Source: Candidatus Poribacteria bacterium WGA-3G
Lineage (GTDB): Bacteria > Poribacteria > WGA-4E > WGA-3G
Reading direction: 5' to 3'
Assembly: GCA_000406005.1 (NCBI GenBank)
Contig: ASZN01000007.1
Coordinates: 937 to 64,936 of the forward strand
Length of the DNA: 64,000 nucleotides
The notes under the pieces were generated by a model. It was not told the DNA's origin. It saw nothing but the letters and a program-made list of their open reading frames with translations, and made no database searches. How positions within the stretch are numbered: the stretch's first letter is position 1; each line of letters begins with the position of its first letter. Shown piece by piece: positions 35,698 to 46,730 of this stretch. The position numbers were made by a program, and so were the translations under genes.

Positions 35698-36897
35698 TCA
35701 CTCACTTCCTGAATCCGTTAAAGCAACAATACCGGGGAGTGCCTTTCCTTCCAAAAACTCTAATGAGGCACCGCCACCCGTCGAGATGTGTGTCATCCGA
35801 TCCGCGACACCGGCTTGCTGTATTGCCGCGACGCAATCACCACCACCGATGATACTCACTGCCTCCGAATCCGCTATCTGTTTCGCCACTGCAATCGTGC
35901 CTTGTGCAAACTTCTCAAATTCATAGACACCCAAGGGACCATTCCATACCACTGTCCCCGCAAGTGCGATCTGTTCACCAAATGCCGATACGGTTTCAGG
36001 TCCGATGTCAAATCCCTGCCACCCGTCGGGAATCTCTCTCTCGTTGATGGCCTGAGATTCAGTTTCCGGGTCAAACGCTCGCCCGACAATATGATCTACC
36101 GGTAGCACAACTGTGTCTAAGAAACCCGACTTGTCAATGAGTGATTTCGCCACACCAAGTTTCTCTGTTTCGACAAGCGAATTGCCGATATTATATCCCA
36201 TCGCTGATAGGAACGTATACGCCATGCCGCCACCGATGAGGAGCTTATCCACCTCTTCAAGAAGCGTCTCAATCAGCGTAATTTTGTCCGATACTTTCGC
36301 GCCACCGAGAATCGCGATGTATGGACGCTGTGGGGTTCTGAGCGTCGTACTGAGATAATAAATTTCACGTGCCATCAGGAATCCCGCGGCACACGGGTTC
36401 AAATAGTGCGTCACACCTTCAGTTGAGGCGTGTGCACGGTGCGCTGTACCGAAGGCATCGTTAACGTAGACTTCAGCGAGCGAAGCGAGTTGCTGCGCAA
36501 ACGCAGCATCGTTTTCGGTCTCTTCAGCGTAAAAACGGACATTCTCAAGGAGTAGCACATCGCCGTTGTCTAATTCCGCAACAGCACTTTTTACCGATTC
36601 GCCGATACAATCCCTGACGTGTGCGACGCGCCTGCCGAGTTTTTGGCTCAAAGCTATAGCAATCGGCTCCGTTGAGAGTGTCTCCCGATCAGATGCCGAA
36701 CCGACTTCCGGTCTGCCTAAATGTGTCACCAAGATGATTTTAGCATCCGCGTTGATGAGCGACAGGAGTGTCGGCAATGCAGCGGTGATACGCGTCTCAT
36801 CTGTAATCTTACCGTCCTGCATCGGCACATTGAAGTCTACCCGCACGAGCACGCGTTTTCCGGTAACGTCTATGTCCTTTAATTCAAGTTTCTCCAC
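35698..36897 (-). CDS. pgk: phosphoglycerate kinase
   Basis: VLVRVDFNVP, THLGRP, AILGGAKVSDKI and STGGGASLEFLEGK. Confidence 0.9.
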   Translation of the reverse strand: MEKLELKDIDVTGKRVLVRVDFNVPMQDGKITDETRITAALPTLLSLINADAKIILVTHLGRPEVGSASDRETLSTEPIAIALSQKLGRRVAHVRDCIGESVKSAVAELDNGDVLLLENVRFYAEETENDAAFAQQLASLAEVYVNDAFGTAHRAHASTEGVTHYLNPCAAGFLMAREIYYLSTTLRTPQRPYIAILGGAKVSDKITLIETLLEEVDKLLIGGGMAYTFLSAMGYNIGNSLVETEKLGVAKSLIDKSGFLDTVVLPVDHIVGRAFDPETESQAINEREIPDGWQGFDIGPETVSAFGEQIALAGTVVWNGPLGVYEFEKFAQGTIAVAKQIADSEAVSIIGGGDCVAAIQQAGVADRMTHISTGGGASLEFLEGKALPGIVALTDSGSE

Positions 36898-36924
36898 GAG
36901 TCTAATTCTCCCATCGTCTCGCTA

Positions 36925-38109
36925 CTATGCAAGATTCGCCGCCGTTACCGCGAGTTGTGCAGCCTCAGAGAGTCCTTCTGCCAGTTGAACATCCAAATCC
37001 GACTCAGCAATAATCTGTTTGCCGAGTTCTACATTCGTGCCTTCCAATCGCACCACAAGCGGAACGTTAAGGTCAACCTGTTTCGCCGCTTCAACGATAC
37101 CGTTCGCAATGGTGTCGCATTTCATGATACCACCAAAGATATTAACGAGAACAGCCTTCACGTTTTCATCCCCAAGGATAAGACGGAAGGCATGCGAAAC
37201 TGCTTCAACGGAGGCACCACCGCCGACATCAAGAAAATTCGCCGGTTCACCACCGTTCTGTTTAATGATATCCATCGTTGCCATCGCCAACCCCGCACCG
37301 TTCACCATACAACCGATGTCGCCATCAAGCCGGATGTAACTCAAACCGGATTTGCTTGCCTCCAGTTCACTCGGATCTTCTTCATACGGATCACGCATCT
37401 CGGCGATGTCCGGGTGTCGCCACAGCGAGTTGTCGTCGAGGTTCACCTTAGAATCCAAAGCAACAATGTCTAACCCGTCATCCTTTTTCACGATCGCCAA
37501 CGGGTTGATCTCTACCAATGAACAGTCACAACCCGTGAATGCATTATAAAGCGACAAAATGAGTGCTGTAGCGTTCGGAAGAATCGGACGGTAAGTCGGG
37601 TCGGTAATGAGTTGATAGGCGAACTGCCGCGCTTGAAATTCGGGTAAACCAAAGGCAGGATCAATCTCTGCCCTAATGATCTTTTCGGGAGTTTCTGCCG
37701 CGACCTCCTCAATATTCACACCACCTTCTTCACTGCCGATTAACGTGAGTTGTGACGTTTCCCGATCAAGCAATATAGCGAGGTAGTACTCTTTCTCTAT
37801 TTCTGCTGCCTCGGCGATCAGCACTTTTCGGACACGTTTTCCCTCGGGCCCCGTCTGCGGTGTCACCAGCTGCATACCGATGAGCATTTCGGCGTGCTGT
37901 TTGGCTTCGGCAGGTGAGTTTGCGAGTTTGATGCCGCCACCTTTCCCGCGTCCACCCGCGTGGATTTGCGCCTTCACAACGCATCTGCTAAAATCGAGTT
38001 CCTTAGCAACGGTCTCCGCTTCTTCCGGCGTTTCAGCGACTTCACCGAGGAGTGTATTGACACCATAGGATTCTAAAATTTGTTTGGCTTGGTATTCATG
38101 GATGTTCAT
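36925..38109 (-). CDS. sucC: succinyl-CoA ligase subunit beta
   Basis: [25 protein letters not shown] and [10 protein letters not shown]. Confidence 0.9.
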   Translation of the reverse strand: MNIHEYQAKQILESYGVNTLLGEVAETPEEAETVAKELDFSRCVVKAQIHAGGRGKGGGIKLANSPAEAKQHAEMLIGMQLVTPQTGPEGKRVRKVLIAEAAEIEKEYYLAILLDRETSQLTLIGSEEGGVNIEEVAAETPEKIIRAEIDPAFGLPEFQARQFAYQLITDPTYRPILPNATALILSLYNAFTGCDCSLVEINPLAIVKKDDGLDIVALDSKVNLDDNSLWRHPDIAEMRDPYEEDPSELEASKSGLSYIRLDGDIGCMVNGAGLAMATMDIIKQNGGEPANFLDVGGGASVEAVSHAFRLILGDENVKAVLVNIFGGIMKCDTIANGIVEAAKQVDLNVPLVVRLEGTNVELGKQIIAESDLDVQLAEGLSEAAQLAVTAANLA

Positions 38110-38191
38110 GTTTTATTTCTGATTCTTCGGCAAGACTCCTTTGGCATTTAGGGGATGTCTGTTCCTCGTACTACGGGTTACTGCGTTAAAA

Positions 38192-38220
38192 ATTATACCA
38201 CACACAAGGCAGAATTGCAA
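38192..38220 (-). promoter_or_regulatory. promoter TTGCAA-17-TGgTATAAT upstream of sucC
   Basis: On the minus strand TTGCAA is at 38220-38215 and TATAAT at 38197-38192. Confidence 0.55.
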
Positions 38221-38413
38221 GTATTTCAATCTGACGGACGTTCTTGCAGCACTGGAATCACGTAACTCCGCTTGACAAAATCCGCAAGTTCATCTCCGCG
38301 CGCCACGACGTAGTTATCCTCCGGATAGACGGGACCGCGCGTTTCAAACCATCTCATTTTTCCGTCCTCCCTTAAATAGTTGTAGAGATTATATCAGATT
38401 GAGGCGTAGAAGT

Positions 38414-38923
38414 CTACAAAACACAATCTTCTTTTTTTACGATAGACGTATCGTCCTCAAGACGCGCAAGCAAGGTTTGAACGGTCTCTTTCAAAACAGG
38501 ATGGACAAGGTCCGGTGCGATCTCTGCTAACGGGGCCAATACGAAACGGCGGAGATGCATCTCTGGGTGCGGGATGATGAGCTTCTCCGTCTGGAGACAC
38601 CTATCTCCATAGATTAATATGTCTAAGTCAATCTCTCTTGGTCCCCAGCGGATGCGGTGTTGTCTACCAATAGCGGTTTCGATGTTTTTTAGGGTGTGTA
38701 GTAAGGATAGCGGAGGGAGGTTGGTTTGAATTGCAACGACACCGTTCAGAAATTGGGCTTGTGCCTCATATCCTACAGGGTCGGTTTTATAAACGGAGGA
38801 AATCTTTTGTAAGGTGATCCCCTCCGTTTTTGATAAGGCATGGATAGCATTCTGGATATGCGCCTGTCGGTCGCCGATGTTGCTTCCGAAGCCGATGTAG
38901 ACTGCGTGCATAGTCGTAGGCAT
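38414..38923 (-). CDS. folK: 2-amino-4-hydroxy-6-hydroxymethyldihydropteridine diphosphokinase
   Basis: [17 protein letters not shown] and [13 protein letters not shown]. Confidence 0.85.
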   Translation of the reverse strand: MPTTMHAVYIGFGSNIGDRQAHIQNAIHALSKTEGITLQKISSVYKTDPVGYEAQAQFLNGVVAIQTNLPPLSLLHTLKNIETAIGRQHRIRWGPREIDLDILIYGDRCLQTEKLIIPHPEMHLRRFVLAPLAEIAPDLVHPVLKETVQTLLARLEDDTSIVKKEDCVL

Positions 38924-38950
38924 ACTCCGTTATGCCGTAACGCAAATTCG

Positions 38951-39187
38951 TTAGACATTCGTTAAAAATGCCTCAAGGTTTCTGCCAATAGTTGGAGGCG
39001 GGAGAGGTTGATTTGTTTTCTGTGTGTCTGCCAACAATTCGTCAACAATTTCACATAAGTGTTGGTATACTTCTATTTCATTATCGCCGTGGCAACATGG
39101 ACCGATAATTCCCGGACAATACCCGATGAAACATTCGTCCTCGTCTGACCATTCAACGATTTTGATATATTTCGCACTTTCAATCAT
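38951..39187 (-). CDS. HicB-like antitoxin-fold protein (no HicA partner seen)
   Basis: IVEWSDEDECFIGYCPGIIGPCCHGDNEIEVYQHLCEIVDELL. Confidence 0.55.
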   Translation of the reverse strand: MIESAKYIKIVEWSDEDECFIGYCPGIIGPCCHGDNEIEVYQHLCEIVDELLADTQKTNQPLPPPTIGRNLEAFLTNV

Positions 39188-39230
39188 TTTTATCTACCCT
39201 ACCGATTAGGGAAAAATTTGCTATATCCGG

Positions 39231-40469
39231 CTAACCGGTAAATTTGCGGAGGGCGATAGAGGTGTTGTGTCCGCCGAAGCCGAACGCGTTCGTGAGTGCA
39301 ACTGAAATGTTCGCATCACGGCTCTCGTTCGGAACGTAATCCAAATCGCAGACTTCGTCTGGCATATCGTAGTTGATCGTCGGTGGTAGGAACCCTTTTT
39401 CCATCGCACATAAACAAGCGATAAGTTCCACGGCACCCGCTGCGCCGAGCAGATGACCCACCATCGATTTCGTAGAACTGACAGGAATTTTGTACGCTTG
39501 ATCACCGAACAGCGACTTAATCGCGTTCGTTTCAGCGACATCGCCGACCGGTGTAGAGGTGCCGTGGGCGTTGATATAGTCAACGGCATCCAACGATAAC
39601 CCAGCGTCCCGAAGTGCGAATTCCATCGCTTTCGCTGCGCCTTCACCGTTTTCCGGTGGGCTTACCATATCGTGAGCATCCGAAGTCATTCCGTAACCGA
39701 TGACTTCCGCATAGATATGTGCACCACGTTTTTGGGCGTGCGATAGCGACTCAAAGATAAGCACACCGCCGCCGTCACCCATCACGAAACCGTCTCTGTC
39801 TTTCGTGAACGGACGCGAGGCGCGTTCAGGTTCGTGGTTCCGCGCCGACATCGCTCGCATCGAACAGAACCCAGCAAAAGCTAACGGTGTAATCGCCGAT
39901 TCCGTACCGCCTGTGAACATGACATCCGCATCACCACGCTGAATGATCCGAAACGAATCCCCCATAGAATGGTTCGCACTCGCACATGCCGTGACGGACG
40001 TAGAATTGGGACCCTTGAGATTAAAATGGATCGAGATCTGCCCAGCCGCCATGTTAATAATCATGTACGGCACAAGAAACGGGCTAACGCGTTTCACACC
40101 CTTTTCGGCAAGGGTTTTCGCGTTATCCTCAAGGACCCCGATACCACCGATGCCAGAACCGATTTGAACCCCCGCACGATAAGGATCAACTTTATCAAGA
40201 TCCAGATCAGCATCCGCACGCGCCATAATTGAAGCCGCAAGCGCGTACTGAATAAAGAGCGGAAGCCTCGACGCAGCGCGACGGTCCAGGTACTGCTCCG
40301 CCTGAAAACCCTTCACTTGCCCAGCGATCTGCGTGCGGTGTTCGGAGGCATCAAAATAGGTTAAAGGTCCGATTCCGTTTTTACCGACGGCAAGCGCATC
40401 CCAATATTCTTCTTTCGTGTTGCCAATTGCATTGACAACGCCGATTCCTGTAATAACTACACGCTCCAC
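39231..40469 (-). CDS. fabF: 3-oxoacyl-ACP synthase II
   Basis: Active-site Cys context [10 protein letters not shown], plus HGTSTPVGD and GHLLGAAG. Confidence 0.9.
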   Translation of the reverse strand: MERVVITGIGVVNAIGNTKEEYWDALAVGKNGIGPLTYFDASEHRTQIAGQVKGFQAEQYLDRRAASRLPLFIQYALAASIMARADADLDLDKVDPYRAGVQIGSGIGGIGVLEDNAKTLAEKGVKRVSPFLVPYMIINMAAGQISIHFNLKGPNSTSVTACASANHSMGDSFRIIQRGDADVMFTGGTESAITPLAFAGFCSMRAMSARNHEPERASRPFTKDRDGFVMGDGGGVLIFESLSHAQKRGAHIYAEVIGYGMTSDAHDMVSPPENGEGAAKAMEFALRDAGLSLDAVDYINAHGTSTPVGDVAETNAIKSLFGDQAYKIPVSSTKSMVGHLLGAAGAVELIACLCAMEKGFLPPTINYDMPDEVCDLDYVPNESRDANISVALTNAFGFGGHNTSIALRKFTG

Positions 40470-40581
40470 GAGACCGATCCTTTTTAGTTAGAGTTATAGG
40501 CGCGCCCAGCAAAACGAACCAAGCGCACTTTTGAGAGGGTTAATACCATCCGGCTACCCACCCTCAACGATATGTCTTCGA

Positions 40582-40815
40582 CTATACGTGCTCGTCAAGA
40601 TAACTCAGCGCATCTTGAACCGTCTGAATCTTCTCCGCATCACTATCCGGGATTTCGATGTCGAATTCCTCTTCAAGTGCCATGACCAATTCAACCGTAT
40701 CAAGCGAGTCAGCACCCAAATCTTCCATAAAAGAAGCATCCGGTGTAACGTTATCTTCGTCAACACCGAGTTGTTTAGCAATAATTTCGATAAGGCGTTC
40801 TTGGTTAGTTGCCAT
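40582..40815 (-). CDS. acpP: acyl carrier protein
   Basis: [19 protein letters not shown] contains the phosphopantetheine Ser. Confidence 0.95.
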   Translation of the reverse strand: MATNQERLIEIIAKQLGVDEDNVTPDASFMEDLGADSLDTVELVMALEEEFDIEIPDSDAEKIQTVQDALSYLDEHV

Positions 40816-41049
40816 AAGTGTTCCTCTGATCTCCTATAGATTTTTTCTCCGCAGCGTGTTGCGGGTAAAATTTGTTCTGAATATTACAGTGCCATTGATG
40901 CCTCGAATATCTTTGCAATCCGGGCTTAAATGCAGTGCCCTACATTGAGGCAAGCCGTACAAGTTATGGGCAGCGTAACAGCGCCCAATCGGCGGATCAC
41001 TCGACCGCCTTTCCAACGTATGCCCCGGAAGATCCTAAGCACACGTCAA

Positions 41050-41850
41050 TTACATCACCATACCACCGTCAACCTGAAGGACTTGACCGGTGATATAGCG
41101 TGCAGCGTCCGATGCCAAAAAACAGACAGCATCTGCCACATCTTCTGGATGTCCAAACGCTCGGAGCGGGATCAATTCAAGCAGTTGGTCCTGATTCGCT
41201 TCCGGTATCTGTGCCGTCATGTCTGTTGTGATGAACCCCGGAGCGATAGCGTTCACCGTGATACCACGGCTACCGACCTCTTTCGCAATCGCCTTCGTCA
41301 AACCAATGATGCCAGCCTTCGCTGCAGCGTAATTCGCCTGCCCCGCGTTTCCTATCAACCCAACAACCGACGAGATGTTGATAATCCGTCCGCCCTTCTG
41401 GCGTATCATCGGACGTAGAACAGCACGCGTACAGTACATCGTGCCGGTGAGATTCGTCTGTAATACAGCGTCCCAGTCCTCATCTTTGAGGCGCATGAGC
41501 AACATATCACGGGTAATTCCAGCATTGTTCACGAGAATATCAATTCCCGAAAACTGCTCAATCGTTTTTTCTATCAGGGATTCAACATCCTCTTTTCGCG
41601 AAATGTCGGCTGCCGTTGAAAAAGCCGTGTAACCTTTACGCTGTAGTGTATCGGCGATCTGCGCGACAGATTCTGCCGAGCGTGAACAGAGAACGACATT
41701 CGCACCGGCCTCGCAGAGTCTATGTGCAATTGCTGCACCAATACCGCGCGACGCACCCGTAACAATTGCCGTCTTACCGCTCAACAGATCCCCTCTAAAA
41801 GCAACCTGTTCCGATGTCCCATCCATCTTATTCACCATCCCCATACGCAT
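41050..41850 (-). CDS. fabG: 3-oxoacyl-ACP reductase
   Basis: TGASRGIG, NNAG and YAAAKAG. The true start may be an internal Met as far down as 41826. Confidence 0.85.
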   Translation of the reverse strand: MRMGMVNKMDGTSEQVAFRGDLLSGKTAIVTGASRGIGAAIAHRLCEAGANVVLCSRSAESVAQIADTLQRKGYTAFSTAADISRKEDVESLIEKTIEQFSGIDILVNNAGITRDMLLMRLKDEDWDAVLQTNLTGTMYCTRAVLRPMIRQKGGRIINISSVVGLIGNAGQANYAAAKAGIIGLTKAIAKEVGSRGITVNAIAPGFITTDMTAQIPEANQDQLLELIPLRAFGHPEDVADAVCFLASDAARYITGQVLQVDGGMVM

Positions 41851-42766
41851 CCGTTACAACGGACAACGTCTTAACGTCTTCAACGTTCATAGCACCACTT
41901 TCAGGAAGCGTCCGTCTCACTAAACCGGCCAATACCTTCCCCGGTCCAACCTCTACAAAATCCGTGATACCGCTCTCTGCGATAGTCTTTAACGTTTGCT
42001 CCCACTGCACAGACTGCGTTATCTGTTGAAATAGGAGCCGCCGAATATCATCCACATCTGTCGCAAACGTACCGGTTACGTTCATAGCGATATCGAGCTT
42101 CGGGGGATGCAATGTTACCGAGTCAAGCACAGCACCGAATTTCTGTTGGGCGGGTGCCATGAGCGGCGAATGAAATGCACCACTTACCGGCAAAAGCCGA
42201 CACCGTCTCTCACCTATTTCGGCCTTAGCGAGCGAGACAACACGGTTGACAGCCGCGACTTCGCCAGAGATTACCAACTGCCCAGGACAATTATAATTGG
42301 CGATATTCACAATCCCGTCAGCCGTATCACAGAACTGTTGGAGCTGATCGGTTTCCATCCCGAGGATCGCTGCCATCGTGCCTTGCTGCGTTTCTCCCGC
42401 TTCCGCCATGTAACTTGCACGTGCATGTACCAAACGCAACGCATCCGAAAAGTCAAGGACCTCTGCCGCGACAAGTGCGGAGTATTCACCCAGACTATGT
42501 CCAGCAACCGCATTCGGAACAATACCGAATGTCTCTAAAACTCGTAACGTTGCGACACTACAGACCAAGATCGCCAGTTGTGTGTTTTCGGTCTGTTTTA
42601 AGGTATCTTCGGGGCCCTCAAAACAGAGCTCGCTCAAGGCACGTCCGAGAGCTGCGTCAGCTTCCTGAAAAACGGCATCGGCAATTGGATAAGCTCGCGC
42701 CAATTCCGCGCCCATGCCGACCCGTTGTGAACCCTGTCCTGGAAAAATGAATGCCAATTGTGTCAT
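41828..42766 (-). CDS. fabD: malonyl CoA-ACP transacylase
   Basis: Start placed at MTQLAFIFPGQGSQ. Active site GHSLGEYSAL. Confidence 0.85.
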   Translation of the reverse strand: MTQLAFIFPGQGSQRVGMGAELARAYPIADAVFQEADAALGRALSELCFEGPEDTLKQTENTQLAILVCSVATLRVLETFGIVPNAVAGHSLGEYSALVAAEVLDFSDALRLVHARASYMAEAGETQQGTMAAILGMETDQLQQFCDTADGIVNIANYNCPGQLVISGEVAAVNRVVSLAKAEIGERRCRLLPVSGAFHSPLMAPAQQKFGAVLDSVTLHPPKLDIAMNVTGTFATDVDDIRRLLFQQITQSVQWEQTLKTIAESGITDFVEVGPGKVLAGLVRRTLPESGAMNVEDVKTLSVVTDAYGDGE

Positions 42767-42872
42767 TTTCTTCCGATGAATGGTTGTCGGCGGGGCCCCT
42801 TCAGTTTTTGAGACGCTCAAATGAAATAGAAAACCTCTTTGCTGATGGTTTCCGACTGCTGATTAATGACGG

Positions 42873-43871
42873 CTATAACCGTAGAAGTGTGCTGCCCCAT
42901 GTTAAACCAGCACCAAAAGTTACAAACAGCAACAGATCCCCCGGTTTCGCACGTCCCTCACGGATCGCCTCATCTAAAGCGATGATGATTGTCGCTGCGG
43001 AGGTGTTCCCATATCTATCAACGTTAATATAGACCTTCTCACGCGGCACGCCGAGCCTATCGCCGACCGCTTCAATGATCCGCAAATTCGCTTGATGTGG
43101 GATCAAAAGATCTATCTCCTCAACGCTGACATCCGCTTCACTTAAAACGCGCTGAGCCGCTTCCGGCATAAGCCGTACACCGAGTTTGAAGACCTCTCTG
43201 CCATTCATCTTAAGCTTGTCAAGTTTTTCGTCAATGGCTATTTCGGTAATCGGCATCCTGGATCCACCAGCCGGGACGCCAAGCAAATCAATGTCAGCAT
43301 AGTCACCATCGGAGCCGATATAAGACGCAAGGATCCCTTTCGGTTCATCTGTCGCTTGGACAACCGCAGCCCCCGCACCATCTCCAAAGAGGACACATGT
43401 ACTTCGATCGTTCCAGTCAATGATATTATTAAAAACCTCACCACCGACAACGAGAATCGTATTATAGCGTCCAGATTTAATCATTCCATCGGCTAAATCC
43501 AATCCGTAAAGGAAACCGGCACACGCGGCAGACAAATCCATCGCAGCAGCGTTTTTCGCACCGATGCCTTTCTGGACGTAACACGCCGTTGACGGAAAAA
43601 ACGTATCAGGGGTAACGGTAGCAACAAGAATCAATTCAATATCAAGCGGATCAATATTCGCGTTCTTTATCGCCCATCGTGCAGCGTTTACACACAGATC
43701 GGAGGTGGCGACATCGTCATCAGCGATACGTCGCTCAGCGATCCCCGTGCGTTGAAGAATCCATTCGTCACTTGTATCCACCATTTTCTCAAGGTCATAG
43801 TTGGTGACAATCCGTTCAGGAAGGTAAGAACCCGTTCCTGTGATAGTTGCATGTCGAAGTTGCGTCATCAA
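42873..43871 (-). CDS. fabH: 3-oxoacyl-ACP synthase III
   Basis: Cys in LSAACAGFLYGL, plus HQANLRII and GNTSAAT. Confidence 0.9.
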   Translation of the reverse strand: MMTQLRHATITGTGSYLPERIVTNYDLEKMVDTSDEWILQRTGIAERRIADDDVATSDLCVNAARWAIKNANIDPLDIELILVATVTPDTFFPSTACYVQKGIGAKNAAAMDLSAACAGFLYGLDLADGMIKSGRYNTILVVGGEVFNNIIDWNDRSTCVLFGDGAGAAVVQATDEPKGILASYIGSDGDYADIDLLGVPAGGSRMPITEIAIDEKLDKLKMNGREVFKLGVRLMPEAAQRVLSEADVSVEEIDLLIPHQANLRIIEAVGDRLGVPREKVYINVDRYGNTSAATIIIALDEAIREGRAKPGDLLLFVTFGAGLTWGSTLLRL

Positions 43872-44115
43872 ATTCTTCAGTGTGGAAACCTCTGTCTTTA
43901 GGCAGAGGAGGAAACACTGATCCTTTTAAGTTAGTGACAGGTTTTCTCTACCGATGCACCTGTCAAGCATCGCTATGCTTTTAATCCGCTGCATAGAAGC
44001 GGCGTGTAGAAAGTGGTTTAACTTGTAGAGTGAACCTTTGGCATAGGAAACCTCGCACAAGCCCCCATGCTTTAGCTGGGGGTCACTGACTAGTTCTCTC
44101 TTGAAGTCTCAGGCG

Positions 44116-44310
44116 TTAGGCATTCGCCTCGTCGGTGGATTTTGTTAACACGGGCCGTCCATTGTAATGTCCACATCCCGAACAGACACGATGCGAAACT
44201 ATTGTTTCGCCGCAATATGAACAGACACTTGTCGCTTTGTCGTGGAGCGCGTGATGGCTCCGTCGCATTCTCTTTTTCGATTTTGACGTTTTCCGTTTCG
44301 GATGCGCCAT
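44116..44310 (-). CDS. rpmF: 50S ribosomal protein L32
   Basis: MAHPKRKTSKSKKRMRRSHHAL and a CxxC..CxxC zinc ribbon. Confidence 0.9.
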   Translation of the reverse strand: MAHPKRKTSKSKKRMRRSHHALHDKATSVCSYCGETIVSHRVCSGCGHYNGRPVLTKSTDEANA

Positions 44311-44491
44311 GGTTCATCTCCTTTAAGACTTACGTACACTTCACCGCAGGGTTTTTGCTGGGGTGTTTCCTTCAGGGTTTGCAACCCCGCCTGACACACG
44401 TATTAGGTAAGTCCTATCCTTAAAGATATTCGTTATACGCTTAGAAATCGCGATCTAATACTCACTCTCACACTTCAATGTATGTTTCCCT

Positions 44492-45043
44492 TCAATTGTT
44501 TTCCAGCATTTTCGACAAAACCGAAAACGGATTAGAATCAAGGACCGCCGACTCGTCCGTTGTCTCACAAGAACACACCTTATGATTCAGTTCCGCCCCA
44601 CAGTGCAAGCATAAACCCTTACACATTTCAGAACAGAGGGACCACACCGGCATATCAAGAATAAGTCCCTGTCGAACATCTTCCGAAATATCTAAAGTCT
44701 CCCCGTCATAATAGCGTTCATCCGCCTCTCTCTGTTCCAACGATTCGCTACCGACAGCGAATAACAATTCAAGCGTCGTCGTTATATCTACCTCAAACGG
44801 ACGGATACAGCGTCGGCATTCCACCGAAATCTTCGTCTCAATATCAGCCGCTACATAGACATTATCGTTCCCTTGACGAAAAAGTTGGACCACACATGAC
44901 AACGGTTCAATGAACGCTACCTCTTCGTACGCCAAACCGAGGGACGCAGGCGGCACAAGCGCTTCAAATTCCTTGAAGTCCTCATGTCGAAGGTCTTTCA
45001 TATCGAACACTAACGTATCTCTGACATCTTCTTTTATCTTCAT
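44492..45043 (-). CDS. YceD/DUF177 family protein
   Basis: Position upstream of rpmF, plus a C-terminal Cys cluster (CSEMCKGLCLHCGAELN..CSC). Confidence 0.75.
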   Translation of the reverse strand: MKIKEDVRDTLVFDMKDLRHEDFKEFEALVPPASLGLAYEEVAFIEPLSCVVQLFRQGNDNVYVAADIETKISVECRRCIRPFEVDITTTLELLFAVGSESLEQREADERYYDGETLDISEDVRQGLILDMPVWSLCSEMCKGLCLHCGAELNHKVCSCETTDESAVLDSNPFSVLSKMLENN

Positions 45044-45137
45044 TCGTACCTCAAATCTGCCAGGCAGTCTTTAGGTTCTCCTTGCGATACAAGGATAAAC
45101 TGATAATACGCAGTCATACCCAAACGTTAACGATACA

Positions 45138-46487
45138 TTAAAAATCGACCTCTTCTTCAATCCGAATAAGTTTCGTCTCCCCTTTCACGGCTTCAAGTGT
45201 ATGGATCTCTGCAAGTGCAGACTTCATGTTCTTCTCCCGCGCACTATGCGTCAGCATCACAAGCGACACAGTCTCCATACCGTGCGGATCCTTCTGGATA
45301 ACAGAGGCAACACTAATCTGCCAATTCCCTAAGATCGTACCGATTTTTGCGAGAACACCAGGACGGTCAGCCACCACGAAACGGAGGTAGTAACGCGTCT
45401 CTATATCGTCAATAGATGAAACATCGACTTCCGATTGTGAACCGGCAAGCCATGCTTGAGAAATTGAGGCACTCACACCTTGCTGCACGGATTTCGCAGC
45501 ATCAATAATATCCGCAACAACTGCACTCGCTGTCGGCATCTCACCGGCTCCCTGTCCAAAAAAGAGCGTCGGCCCCACCGCATCACCGATAACACAGACC
45601 GCATTAAATGCGCCACCAACATTCGCTAACAGGCTACGCTCCGGCACGAGGGTCGGATGCACGCGCGCTTCTACACGGTTACCCGTGCCGAGCTTCGCAA
45701 TAGCCAGCAACTTAATCACATAACCCAGCTCGCGCGCGTATTGAATCTCCTTTTGCGTGATGTCGGTAATGCCTTCAACATAGAATTGCGATAGGGAGAT
45801 ATTGCTTCGGTAGGCAAGCGCAATCAGAAGAATCAGTTTCTGCGCGGCATCAATACCCTCAACATCAAGTGTCGGATCGGCTTCGGCATATCCCATCTCT
45901 TGCGCCGCTTTCAGAACATCCGAGAAATCAACACGCCGCTCATGCATCTCTGTCAAGATGTAGTTACACGTCCCGTTCACGATACCGTAAAGCGAGTGAA
46001 TCTGGTTTCCCGCGAAACTCTCTTGCAGCGTCTTAATGATCGGGATACCACCAGCAGTACTCGCCTCAAAATTAAGACTTACGCGATACGCCGCAGCGAG
46101 TTGGAACAATTCGGCACCGTGCTCGGCGAGGAGGGCTTTATTCGCTGTGACGACGTGCTTACCGTTTCGGAGCGCACGGCTGATAAGTGTCCGTGATTCT
46201 GAGACACCACCGATGAGCTCAACGACAATATCAATTTCAGGATTGTCAACGACTTCTGTCGGATCCGTTGTCAGGCAATCCGCGGGGAGTTCAACACCTT
46301 CCCGCGCCGCTGGTAGCGTCCGTTTAACAATTTTTTTTACCGATAATTCAACGCCACTATTTTTGGCAATAAGGGCATTCTGGTTGAATAAAATTTTAGA
46401 AACACCGGTGCCGACAGTGCCCCAGCCTAAGATACCAACATTAATGCACGATTTGTTCACTACGACTATCCCTCCTTTCTTTGCCAT
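45138..46487 (-). CDS. hom: homoserine dehydrogenase with C-terminal ACT domain
   Basis: VGILGWGTVGTG, VVTANKALLA and NGTCNYILTEM. ACT-like region YYLRFVVADRPGVLAKI. Confidence 0.85.
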   Translation of the reverse strand: MAKKGGIVVVNKSCINVGILGWGTVGTGVSKILFNQNALIAKNSGVELSVKKIVKRTLPAAREGVELPADCLTTDPTEVVDNPEIDIVVELIGGVSESRTLISRALRNGKHVVTANKALLAEHGAELFQLAAAYRVSLNFEASTAGGIPIIKTLQESFAGNQIHSLYGIVNGTCNYILTEMHERRVDFSDVLKAAQEMGYAEADPTLDVEGIDAAQKLILLIALAYRSNISLSQFYVEGITDITQKEIQYARELGYVIKLLAIAKLGTGNRVEARVHPTLVPERSLLANVGGAFNAVCVIGDAVGPTLFFGQGAGEMPTASAVVADIIDAAKSVQQGVSASISQAWLAGSQSEVDVSSIDDIETRYYLRFVVADRPGVLAKIGTILGNWQISVASVIQKDPHGMETVSLVMLTHSAREKNMKSALAEIHTLEAVKGETKLIRIEEEVDF

Positions 46488-46539
46488 GGATCGCGCGACT
46501 TACGCCGCAACATTGGCAAACCGAATCGCATATCAGAAA

Positions 46540-46613
46540 TCGGGGCGACTGGATTCGAACCAGCGACCTCTTGAACCCCATTCAAGCGCGCTTCCGGGCT
46601 GCGCCACGCCCCG
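46540..46613 (-). tRNA. tRNA-Pro (anticodon GGG)
   Basis: Minus strand reads CGGGGCGTGGCGCAGCCCGGAAGCGCGCTTGAATGGGGTTCAAGAGGTCGCTGGTTCGAATCCAGTCGCCCCGA. It has a 7-bp acceptor stem, anticodon loop AUGGGGU and T-loop GGTTCGAATCC. No CCA is encoded. Confidence 0.9.
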
Positions 46614-46730
46614 TTATTAACAGAATAATCCACTTAATTGTACCATAACTCCCGACAAAAGTCAAATAAAAATTTGGAATGAATAGGACGAGGCCATTCA
46701 CCCCCGCCCTAAATCTCTAATCCGCAGCAC

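Noticed and set aside
38228-38359. 43-codon minus-strand ORF (MRWFETRGPVYPEDNYVVARGDEL...) between sucC and folK
   Set aside because: It is below any reliable length threshold and I recognised no RBS or motif. It may be a gene fragment but cannot be supported.
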